A DNA stretch of 64,000 nucleotides, taken from assembly GCA_012959275.1 (NCBI GenBank), contig DUDM01000043.1, positions 2,910 through 66,909 on the forward strand. The letters run 5' to 3'. Each line of letters opens with the position of its first letter. The first letter of the stretch is position 1. Shown here piece by piece: positions 23,401 through 28,554 of this stretch. The notes below the pieces were generated by a model. It saw nothing but the letters and a program-made list of their open reading frames with translations, was not told where the DNA came from and searched no databases. Made by a program: the position numbers and the translations under genes. This DNA is from Candidatus Poseidoniales archaeon. GTDB taxonomy: Archaea > Thermoplasmatota > Poseidoniia > Poseidoniales > Poseidoniaceae.

Positions 23401-25008
23401 TCTGGCTTGAAGGCTGATAACGACCACAATGATGCAGACTTAACTTGGACTTGGGTAGAGACATCAAGTTGTGATGTTGACAATTACTTCGAGGATATTT
23501 CCTTTAACGGAAACGATTTGGAGTTCACCCTGATTCAGGATGCAGCAACCAACGTGCCATCTGAGGAAATTGATTTCTTGGATGACGGTGGAATACACCA
23601 GCAAGTGCCACTCAGTGGAGAATACTGTCCGATTAAGGTTGTACTGAGCGATTCGCCAAGTGCACCTTCGTACATCCCTAACTATGGTCTAACTACTGCA
23701 ACATACAACCAAGAGACCACCTCCACAATCTTCAGCATACGTGTTGAGAATACCCGTGAGATGGTAGCAGACTACTTGTTAGATGTAGACACTGGCTTTG
23801 ACTTTAACAGTGTCAACTTCATCATGCCAGGAACTAACATCCCAATTGATGTTGACATCCAGCACGAAGGAGATGAGGGACCATACAAGTACGACCAACT
23901 ACTCAAGGTTCAGTTCTTGAGCAACGGTGCTGGCGGATTAGCCACCAGAGACACACAGTTCATCGTACCACCAGCATGGGGACAATCTGTCAGCCTTGGT
24001 AGCAAGGTACTGATTGATGAGTCAACCACCCGTGTCGGAGTGCGTGTTGACGTCTTGACTTGTAAGGCAGCTTCCTGTCCAAGCCCAAGTGCAGCAACAC
24101 CAACTGACTTCATCACCAACAGCCCAGCAGCACACCGTGCAGCAGACACACCTAACTCCGCATGGAGCGAGCCAGGAGCAATCGGATACGATGCTACTAC
24201 TGGTGTCTACTCACAACGCAGACCTGCACTAGAAGATGGCAACTGGTCAAACAATGCAATGTTCTCATCATTGATTGCATCTGACCCATCAGGTATTCTA
24301 GACAGCGGACAAGATCTACCAGTAATGGTCGACACAATGGCACCATCTGCGGTACCATCTTTCGCACCAGGTCTAGTGGCAATCAGCGCAGCAGGATTAT
24401 TCGTTGCTGGTCTAATGTTGGCAAGTCAACGCCGCATCGATGATGATGAAGAGTTTGTACAATCAGCACTTGTTGATGACGAGCAGGCAGTCAGCCCAGT
24501 TATTGCTACCATCTTGATGGTCGCAATAACAGTGGTTTTGTCTGGTGTAGTATACGTATGGGCCAGTGATCTAGCTGACCAGCCAAGCAAGTCGGTTCCA
24601 CGAATCGCCTTCAAGGTTGAGAAGACAGACCCAGGTACCAACGGATACTGGTCCATCATCGTGACCAGCGCAAAGGAGCCAATAGCAACACAGGCGACTG
24701 TAGTAATGGTCGAGTGGGTCAACGATACCGGAAGTCAAATCGAGTCATTCAAGTTGTCTGATTCTGAGGGCACATACGGTTTCGCCCCGGTCAATTCGGA
24801 AAGCTTCATCACATTCTCTGACAGTATCAAGTGTGAGGCTGCGGATGAGTGCACCTCAACATATGGAGATGGAGATGCAATCCACATCAGGATGAGCGAC
24901 CCGAGTGGTTTCCTGTTAAAGGACAACGGAGTACGTGTTACACTGAAGTACGTCCCACAGGGAGTTGGAACTGCAAGCGTTCTGAAGACCTTCAACCTTG
25001 AAATTTGA
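11491..25008 (+). CDS. Giant cell-surface protein (about 4500 aa; uninterrupted ORF 11419..25008): signal peptide, parallel beta-helix repeats, cadherin-like repeats, embedded cupredoxin domain, C-terminal TM anchor plus pilin-like module
   Basis: Single 13.6-kb ORF with no stop. Likely start at MINGSKMKK (11491) or MKK (11509), which places the signal peptide MKKTTIWGGLFSALLLCALMAIMPFSS at the N-terminus. Ser/Thr/Gly/Tyr/Asn-rich with many N-x-S/T sequons. Beta-helix-like repeats (e.g. NNGGTGTGIWFEQTSSTLSDITVSNAEVGMKS). Cadherin-like repeats with NVNDAPTI / NPVNDVPVI. Cupredoxin domain at 20830-21110. C-terminal hydrophobic anchor ...GLFVAGLMLASQRR followed by a DUF1628/archaeal-pilin-like segment. 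Confidence 0.8.
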   Translation: MINGSKMKKTTIWGGLFSALLLCALMAIMPFSSMVDNPVSETDYTESETAEQKDDPFHLPETIEQVEWEYALEDELQGMRDVNQKAFVHDGEISVLTSSEPLHYLEAGAWENIDTNIVPTAFGWEVSKNVFKTTFSSDVGAGVAVQMDPNVDPIIVGIAPQIVTLDEAGVAPEMHHVAPSHDAISVGGNVIRYPVADGYDLDYEVSSVQMKQNLVIRQQPVLDESVAWFGLREIIRLPAGYALFIGDEVVGEEIVSTQELMTIRSLETGEVLAEIPVPVVLEPGAEEQYTATFFVSFTNGQIVLTTAIDTDWLMDEDRVFPLSLDPTIKRTSSTGGYCYRYYAYCYSGNSRYFYRYNARIYYLPWSKYQFSSSNAMPSGSTTSSVKWKQYVGYSNTWGSSSYDAAIMMTCGTASRYSYSIASASCSSTLLGMPSSSQYGNTKARKMVSSIWNSPSVGTFSTGTGWKTVTVNSAYEGIITNAANNSASIGMTHINTNSNYYYMYARYGGSYDSYLEITYTGGSDSTPPSADFVPYEVTSYKEGARTFFTTLTDPAGIDTTSSGNPRLFYKIGSGSWTGVSASSIGTCSSSAAKCRFKATTASISAGDSVDYYWAFQDLAYAAGMAQSNNFATLPAGGSGSPSSNTPPSTVFNFDVEDVANAGTARKMTILTTDVHAGNRYTPSKWFDRQVTYYDDNDEYVFEFDTSDCGSGASSCFYATSYYFYSQWQMQWTTSPSSGYNGLGGTKSGDAKFHKDDFGYLSITTNNGPGMNLIYVYDSTSNKWAMVGLGDASTGIDEPLSGGDVEPSYRSSYGYTQAYNIKVPGDITGTFGKFDFNNTYSSSKANWMCVGTNGWIYFFRSTSSNPICTSGYYYIYSTSYRWSGFAMGSGYYGRMASSGEVSSKVGRVAPTPDIYAPEIVHSALKDSHSRDRTFTFEITDAGDPPSGLNTSSAAGVGPTLYYTITDPDGTVNAQQSKVLSPDDTRANCIASTCVWSAELTDIERGASLSYHTTARDISTVSSGTNSVTTSANSFEVGDPNKVFIIEWHDMGYTNSYTCTYQVKLYDVTNEIEFHYDTGCRVYYDYATVGYQDSTRTKGATLRTEQGYMAGGNPHTNNYRITTDASSHSSETFTAGLTEITNYQTAIAGNSNGMPYGYYCASSYYWNSYKNGCDANLDMPDGFTFDYFGNTFNGSSSTSRVMISRQGSMSLKSTSSTQPERAMTTWYTTMPKLPYSSNTYSRANLIAPWWGYYTSYYCYDNTALDCGVRYRVMPFEGKGTDIDADITQDTSWDLVDSPIRVNPSGDYLSVNANLNIEPGVVVQVAQGKGISFDGACDTFTVSGNDTDGDNNHVRFEGQYGQTWTGIAFTDSCTTTDGTNDRHQFSYVDFVNTSDYAIAAGSRHGSSPSSNANVGNFTMDHVTFSNVKGAVSHGSGQGTVFDISDFEVNDASESCFLFPDDAIVTLTDGEMDGCNSDNSYQHGAVTDATSGASSSSTGTASGSLTVENVAITDSEANLIRSFAENIYISNVSATSSANQARYALRLLGSGGSGTHSAVINNFTATSYGYGVKIGAEDSYSLTNVDIGTSTLTLSPGTSTTSGPVGDDAVIDSLEAGGMGIQRTLPTMSNIDLGTGELSITGNSPSSTQTSISDLDAGGIGVSGCGYNLYFGNVDISDTSDTGYLSGSCSSSAAQNTILVEGGTMASSQSSNNIIYARNSKITLGGVAITGQTAMGNYVAKASTNGRITLIDVTFGGNDCADAGGDAGNCWLEVSSSSGSIWLGGIGTATTFKEKNSVRTLKPGTTVTSFVMDSSGASLFMIGTQVTDSNGEADVWTISGTCVSAGCSSHDHGTYFDAYGPAGIHSAANTSFGLGDDTFLRLTQPPITLSDSGMDCAYLATNQSMSALDTAGDGIYILDDGSILLDADLTLDGCTIQMTESKFIIRSDATNSPTLTINNGGELEMIKGSGGTFSELKAASAAYPLHITLGDGGTLDLQGVYARNFAQDSTQQGALIIGPGATVSLTDGTVVYGDAASSKDMATIKVNGGTLSVLDASVINNGGTGTGIWFEQTSSTLSDITVSNAEVGMKSHNAAPIVNGFTLSNNDVGLDFYGGMSLPTIYRSTLLSGESNGWTTYGFDLSSLIGKQYVQLGFESVFAGGNAHPRYNYYTSKYYNIYDRMQYEVTLDNGAVFNYSIDQAGKDSAGYWDDPTSDSSDYGGWGNYSCGLYGYVQNPAYRDYGYYYYFHNYGPYTQSSNGYYGANAEPDQFGFRWEAGETSTASSLYYPYHYWGYYWPSSQFGSNYQGGIYEPPSGFDGLWSNYNVCIDYAYTYYQSPGTGARLAMPIIDTLNTGTNSGTSGNIVGLKLYIDVLHKGADYYQDRLDFVGRSSNNHNDMGDWARESGKPTFTQGTITGADIGIEIGGNFAAAVVENVEITSPTTTGLKVSGSTASSFDYLNVSGGSYGAYTTLTSRGKLHLKNIDFDNQGVAGVSYLKDIAGSISGSVTNSAGAAISYGVLTTAERNLGIDLSGNAIGVLTAGSGDINLEGNTFANAKDFVISGSSTVTFIDGTVDESTVDVSGNGVFNRARSLIASITADSNDVVGAEVYLMDSSGKPTGNGVTDANGDADGIIYYTAVVNKAGLTNPVLAGYKLATVAQIGAYSSSTADFRYYYDSVTLDANAATIADVALTNKFDARVCYSFTSTSYHMIAPCASSLSTNGKRTIGTMVEYGYYGAVDWDMSGKTIMVDAPYMYLKGKSGTNINDWSDSTIINTGSYDYYGTTNYRSTYPYNAKFHVENSTMIALSGVDENTGVPFGFDLGYYAWSDVNPYYKNSTFIGLQTIAAANEYGNVMPDRFVVEDNIIVSNTPVVPGSTSFYYDEMCVVNGAVNGASVARNQFSGCAIGVRSMNTIYSYYYGRSTWGADNMTIEGNTFDGGVLDVWFALGSYSDDNVVKDNIHTGATQTEYAIYAQDRNTVRPVIEGNTIYNSKEPIYMRGALGWDISENTIYGDGNSGHAGIYVKDGYGSIDGNILIDADGGILVDGLSYGYSASVTNNEIYQSNGRTAVSAVGIWAEDCGTSTLETGGNDITIMGNALVTDGCDIEDTGSVFTGTGGSGGMVYTVNIMAGYFAPQNLSINEGDTVKWRLQNYSSGTNYQHGTISNDTDGSGSPLWDSGAMNLGGTFTHLFTTAGTYNYSCTNHPTTMWGTITVASGSTSSFTSIGLDVVGSNDDVSLNGTEISGFTTAYEQSGGSLFLNGGADLEGGDYAVDIDGTDVSSDGGMLSATSATGVGLYFTGGGALALVDLSTDAPQGVYIDGSTDGLFDWNGGTVYSGTGLYAVDKAEGDIQNMTWTDASTQIYAGSDTKITSVGNTLDENKLVVVTGAEVHEANLLDLNVNHLGAASSNVGLLITSESGNKAAYVSPDMRNTGVLAVGTSGDAGDLSDWFGNVDNPSDDLMPGVMSSDGAGEDFMATWDETNLFLALTGVDMDNGDLMIFLDTADDGSTDGWEWDGTTPSLGYSANYAFWAEDGSDSPNDGDTTYSYSLKKWRGDKWDDSLGCTNMAAHVGWTDNTNTELKIPWDCIGSPSNRWVRMSVVVLEETGGVVASNHPSTGYLSMNLGKANLGDGTLSDERLNYRSYIGSNSPSPSEDYNILAKVAADCAEDWGNIDGLDMSENRDEDIDILRACPIITGIEDVSYDEDSGAQTISLTDKADDVQDSAASLSWTLESDVDADGDLLTVVLVAHDLTITPKDNEFGTYLILLTVEDSNGLSASKSMLITVNNVNDAPTICNTGRTDCMPVFSDDGFDNLNVLDEGFGSHSKPLGLIANSAGSYITDQANEQTQTLSNSENVPQAYIFGASVPAECGAFSVAVANNELSITEVADNELGGVCTVTLTLSDGASVNDAATSVDVDFTVNPVNDVPVIPEYDVNTDAHLTTGEGVAVATPWSVSVTEDTGCVNAVCANTDALTFDLSGLKADNDHNDADLTWTWVETSSCDVDNYFEDISFNGNDLEFTLIQDAATNVPSEEIDFLDDGGIHQQVPLSGEYCPIKVVLSDSPSAPSYIPNYGLTTATYNQETTSTIFSIRVENTREMVADYLLDVDTGFDFNSVNFIMPGTNIPIDVDIQHEGDEGPYKYDQLLKVQFLSNGAGGLATRDTQFIVPPAWGQSVSLGSKVLIDESTTRVGVRVDVLTCKAASCPSPSAATPTDFITNSPAAHRAADTPNSAWSEPGAIGYDATTGVYSQRRPALEDGNWSNNAMFSSLIASDPSGILDSGQDLPVMVDTMAPSAVPSFAPGLVAISAAGLFVAGLMLASQRRIDDDEEFVQSALVDDEQAVSPVIATILMVAITVVLSGVVYVWASDLADQPSKSVPRIAFKVEKTDPGTNGYWSIIVTSAKEPIATQATVVMVEWVNDTGSQIESFKLSDSEGTYGFAPVNSESFITFSDSIKCEAADECTSTYGDGDAIHIRMSDPSGFLLKDNGVRVTLKYVPQGVGTASVLKTFNLEI
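20830..21110 (+). other. Cupredoxin (type-1 blue copper, plastocyanin/halocyanin-like) domain embedded in the giant surface protein
   Basis: MVYTVNIMAGYFAPQNLSINEGDTVKWRLQNYSSGTNYQHGTISND...GTYNYSCTNHPTTMWGTITVA. Upstream His ligand (YQHG) and C-x2-H-x3-M (YSCTNHPTTM) on a beta-sandwich-like sequence, the T1 copper ligand set. In frame with the giant ORF. Confidence 0.6.
24487..25008 (+). other. Archaeal type IV pilin / DUF1628 (archaeal flagellin N-terminal-like) module forming the last 173 aa of the giant ORF
   Basis: AVSPVIATILMVAITVVLSGVVYVWASD... matches the hallmark hydrophobic N-terminus of archaeal class-III-signal-peptide pilins (consensus roughly [KR]G-VSPVIATVLLIAITVVLAAVLY), followed by a beta-rich domain of about 140 aa. 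Here it is preceded by a TM anchor (24337-24435) and a 17-aa acidic linker instead of a short basic leader. Confidence 0.5.
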
Positions 25009-25027
25009 GGCTGGAAAGAAGCGAGAT

Positions 25028-25095
25028 AGGCTGGCACTCGTGCCAGTCTTTACGGCGGGAGTAATCCCTTCGCAGTCGCAAGGCTGCGAAGGGAA
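25028..25095 (+). terminator. Two stem-loops downstream of the giant gene (possible terminator or processing structures)
   Basis: CTGGCAC-tc-GTGCCAG (7-bp stem) followed by tcttta. Then CCTTCGCAG-tcgcaagg-CTGCGAAGG (9-bp stem). Located between the stop at 25008 and the next gene. Confidence 0.35.
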
Positions 25096-25128
25096 CTTCC
25101 AATCGTATTCGTTCATTCAGAGCAGGAT

Positions 25129-25821
25129 GTGTTAGCGATGATACGTTGTGTCGCATTCGATTGCGACGGGGTCTTAGCTGATGCAATTAGTTCCTGGAGA
25201 ACTTTGCACGATCATTTCGGCACCGATACAGGAGAGATGCTGCGACGCTTCATCGCTAAGGAAATTAGCGATGAGGAATTCATGCGCTATGATATCCAAT
25301 TGTGGAAATCCGTTCAAGCGGAGATTCACAGGGATGATTTGTTTCGAGCATATGCAGGCATCAAACTGATTACCGGTGCCCGTGAAGTGGTTGCAAGATT
25401 GCAAGAGGATGGAATACTGGTTGTTATTATCAGTGCAGGAATCGATATATTTGTTGGAGCAATCGCTGCAATGTTGAAAGTCGATGATTGGATTGCCAAT
25501 GGCTTCGAATTCGATGATGATGGATTCCTTTTAGATGAAGGTATCGTGAGAGTTTCTGCCCACAAAAAGGCAAGTGCTGTTGCACGAGTAATAGAGATGC
25601 ATGACCTTAGTGCTGAGGAAGTAGCCTGTATAGGTGATAGCGAGGTCGATTTGTCGATGCATGTGGAGGGTTCAACCTTCATTGGATTCAATCCAACGAG
25701 GAAGAGTTCCTTTGATGCGTTTGCAGAAGCGGGAGTTCCAATTGTTGAGAGTCGGGATTTGCGAGATATTTGGGTTCACCTGTTTGGTCAACCGTTTGAG
25801 GCGAAGGCATCAAGCCACTGA
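25129..25821 (+). CDS. HAD-superfamily hydrolase, phosphoserine-phosphatase-like (subfamily IB)
   Basis: Motif I FDCDGVL (DxDG), motif IV IGDSEVD near the C-terminus, alpha-helical cap region between them. 230 aa; an alternative start at 25138 (MIRC...) is possible. Confidence 0.7.
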   Translation: MLAMIRCVAFDCDGVLADAISSWRTLHDHFGTDTGEMLRRFIAKEISDEEFMRYDIQLWKSVQAEIHRDDLFRAYAGIKLITGAREVVARLQEDGILVVIISAGIDIFVGAIAAMLKVDDWIANGFEFDDDGFLLDEGIVRVSAHKKASAVARVIEMHDLSAEEVACIGDSEVDLSMHVEGSTFIGFNPTRKSSFDAFAEAGVPIVESRDLRDIWVHLFGQPFEAKASSH

Positions 25822-25837
25822 ATGCCATGCGTAGGAC

Positions 25838-27112
25838 ATGGCGCCTGCCAAGTCATCGTTGAGTATCATACTCACGTTGCTAGTGTTAAGCGCTGGATGT
25901 TTGTCTGATTCGCTTGATGATAGCGGTGTAACTTCTACAGAGGAAGTCTCCGGAAACTTGGTAATTTGGTCAACCTACGAGTCTGATTCAAAGGAAGAAG
26001 AGGCATTTTTGGATTCAGTTTCAGCCTGGCAAAAAATACATCCTGAAGTGGAAGTAGAAGTCACATCAAAACCATTCTATCAGGCAGTTCAGGCTTACAA
26101 GATTGCAGCCCTTGGTGGAGAGGCACCTGATTTGATGCGCTTTTCTAATGACCAATTAGGTAGCATTGCACCAGTTAGAGATAGAGGCAACCCACTTTTG
26201 GAGGACTTACGCCCTTGGTTAACCCCTGCTCAGCGTTCAGTATGGGATCCTATTGCCCTAGAATCGATGCGTTATGATGACGCACTTATGGCAATCCCAG
26301 TCAGTCAAGATTGTGTGAGTCTATTCTTCAATCGCGCCCTCTTTGATGAAGCCGGAATCAATTATCCCGATGAAAACTGGACAACTGCTGACTTTTTATC
26401 TGCAGCTCAAGACATGACCTTTGGCGAGCAAGTTGGCTTGTCTATTCCTACCAAGGACCCTTTTCGTTGGTTCTCGCTCAATAGCGGCTATGGGGGGAGT
26501 TTGTTCACTGCCAATGGTGAGGCGAACCTCGATGGAAATGGCTCGGCAGATGCTCTGCGTTTCTGGTTAGACCTAGAATTAAAACACGAAATCGTTCCGA
26601 CTGGAACAAACGTTGAGACCATGAAACAGCAATTCCTCAGTGGCAAGGCTGCGATGATTATTGATGGGCCTTGGCATTGGCCAACCTATACCGCCGCTCG
26701 CCTAGATGTTGGACAAGCCCTGCTTCCTATCGTTGAGGAGACTGGACTTCGAATGTCACCAATGGTCGGGTACAAGGGGTGGGCAGTCTCAAAACAAAGT
26801 CCAAACAAAGAATCTGCAATCTCTCTGGCGCTATATCTCTCATCTTCTGAGGTTGTCAAATACGCAGCCCTTGAAACTATGACTATGCCTGTACTCAGCA
26901 ATCTTTACGATGACCCCGATATCCATTCTGATGTCGCACTAAGGGGTTTCATCGCTCAAGCAAGACTAGGTTTCCCTGCACCTACAAGCAAAGGGATGTC
27001 AGCAATTTACGATATTCTTCCAACCGCAATTGAAAATTCTTATGTCGGTGAGATGAGTACCCAAGCAGCATTAACTGCGGCCAATCAAGAATTAAAGGAG
27101 GAAATGCGATGA
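25838..27112 (+). CDS. malE: ABC transporter substrate-binding protein, family 1 (maltose/maltodextrin-binding, MalE-like), lipobox-type signal peptide
   Basis: Signal peptide with LLVLSAGC lipobox-like Cys. NLVIWSTYESD...FLDSVSAWQKIHPEVEVEVT...APDLMRFSNDQLG parallels MalE (KLVIWINGDKGYNGL...GPDIIFWAHDRFG). First gene of a sugar-uptake/amylase operon. Confidence 0.75.
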   Translation: MAPAKSSLSIILTLLVLSAGCLSDSLDDSGVTSTEEVSGNLVIWSTYESDSKEEEAFLDSVSAWQKIHPEVEVEVTSKPFYQAVQAYKIAALGGEAPDLMRFSNDQLGSIAPVRDRGNPLLEDLRPWLTPAQRSVWDPIALESMRYDDALMAIPVSQDCVSLFFNRALFDEAGINYPDENWTTADFLSAAQDMTFGEQVGLSIPTKDPFRWFSLNSGYGGSLFTANGEANLDGNGSADALRFWLDLELKHEIVPTGTNVETMKQQFLSGKAAMIIDGPWHWPTYTAARLDVGQALLPIVEETGLRMSPMVGYKGWAVSKQSPNKESAISLALYLSSSEVVKYAALETMTMPVLSNLYDDPDIHSDVALRGFIAQARLGFPAPTSKGMSAIYDILPTAIENSYVGEMSTQAALTAANQELKEEMR

Positions 27113-28554
27113 AGTATTTTTTCTGGATAATTTTGGCTGTTTTCCTATTACCGGTAGTTTCTGCTCAGTCTCTCGACGTCCAAAGCGATTCTTCTGCTGC
27201 AGGTTTCAAACGGGTGCGAGTTTCAGTAGAAATTGAATCCTTCTCGGGTAATGGGAGCCTTGAGTTTCACGTATCAGAGACCTTCCATTCTGCGGTTGTT
27301 ATCATCCAAGGTCAAGCGGGAGAAATGACTCAACCACAAGTTGGAGAATGGTATGATGACTGCTGGACATCTAATAACTCGGGACTAAATTGGACCGAGA
27401 TTCATCGCGATGAAAACGGTCAGGCCCACGCCTTCTATTCCTCCCCCCAAATTCTTTCAATTCGTTGTGATTTAACCGGCATATCTCAATCTAAAGAGGA
27501 CAACCTTTCAGTGCGTCTTTTCGATGAAAACCAAGAATTGGATAGGATTGACACCGCTATTATAGCCTTGACAGCCGATGTCCTCCCCCCTCCTCCCGAC
27601 TCCAGTCCGGTCCTCTTTGCCATCGGAAGTATTGCATTGACCATCATCGCCTTGTTTGGCTATCTGCGCTGGAAAGACCGCAAGAGCATGAATCGTCACG
27701 GATTGGCATTCGTACTACCAGCATTCTTAGCCCTGGTTCTGCTGAGTTTCTATCCCGTCGCATATGGAATGGTTTTGTCTTTTACCGATGCTCATGAAGA
27801 ATCAATCGGCGATGAAGAATATAATGGTCTTGAAAATTACCTCGATGTTTTCACTTCAGGAGGTTTCCTTCGAGTCCTCTTCTTTACACTCGTCTGGACA
27901 TTTACCAATGTAATCTTCCACGTTGGAATCGGCGGTGCCTTAGCGATGTTATTACAACAAAAAGTCAGAGGAAAACTCGCTTATCGAACTCTGCTTTTAC
28001 TCCCTTGGGCTATTCCATCCTATATTTCGGTCCTCGTCTGGAAGGGGATGTTTCATCCTGAAGGCCTAGTCAACGTATTACTCGGTACGGAAACTGATTT
28101 CTTTTCTGGAGTGACAGAAGCCCAGACAATGGTCATCTTGGTTAATATCTGGTTAGGGGTGCCATTCATGATGATGAGTATCAGTGGAGCGCTCCAATCA
28201 ATCCCCGAGGATTTGCATGAAGCAGCAAAGGTCGAAGGTGTTAGTGATTGGGCCCGCTTACGACATATCACAATCCCATTGCTGAAGCCAACCGTTGTTC
28301 CACTGGCTTTGATGGGATTCATCTGGACATTCAATATGTTCAACGTCATCTTCCTTCTGACGAATGGTGGGCCTCAACTTTGGTTTGGAGAGCCGGGAGG
28401 AACTGATATTTTGATCACCTATGTTTATGATGTGGCCTTCGTCAAAGGAGAACTTGGCTTGGCAGCGGCTTGGTCAGTTGTCATCTTCATCATGCTAATG
28501 GCCTTTAGTTGGGCATATACAAAGGGTAGTAAGGCAACGGAGGCGGCGGTATGA
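27109..28554 (+). CDS. malF: ABC sugar transporter permease (MalF-like) with long N-terminal extracytoplasmic region
   Basis: Multiple TM helices. Binding-protein-dependent permease EAA loop: EAAKVEGVSDWARLRHITIPLLKPTVVPLAL. Start overlaps the malE stop by 4 nt (operon). Confidence 0.8.
   Translation: MKYFFWIILAVFLLPVVSAQSLDVQSDSSAAGFKRVRVSVEIESFSGNGSLEFHVSETFHSAVVIIQGQAGEMTQPQVGEWYDDCWTSNNSGLNWTEIHRDENGQAHAFYSSPQILSIRCDLTGISQSKEDNLSVRLFDENQELDRIDTAIIALTADVLPPPPDSSPVLFAIGSIALTIIALFGYLRWKDRKSMNRHGLAFVLPAFLALVLLSFYPVAYGMVLSFTDAHEESIGDEEYNGLENYLDVFTSGGFLRVLFFTLVWTFTNVIFHVGIGGALAMLLQQKVRGKLAYRTLLLLPWAIPSYISVLVWKGMFHPEGLVNVLLGTETDFFSGVTEAQTMVILVNIWLGVPFMMMSISGALQSIPEDLHEAAKVEGVSDWARLRHITIPLLKPTVVPLALMGFIWTFNMFNVIFLLTNGGPQLWFGEPGGTDILITYVYDVAFVKGELGLAAAWSVVIFIMLMAFSWAYTKGSKATEAAV

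Noticed and set aside
11582-24722. Dozens of 60-198-aa ORFs on both strands inside the 13.6-kb giant gene (e.g. 15202-15630, 17930-18526, 23043-23483)
   Set aside because: All overlap the single uninterrupted, domain-rich + frame. They have His/Cys/Ser-rich nonsense composition expected from alternate frames of repetitive coding DNA.
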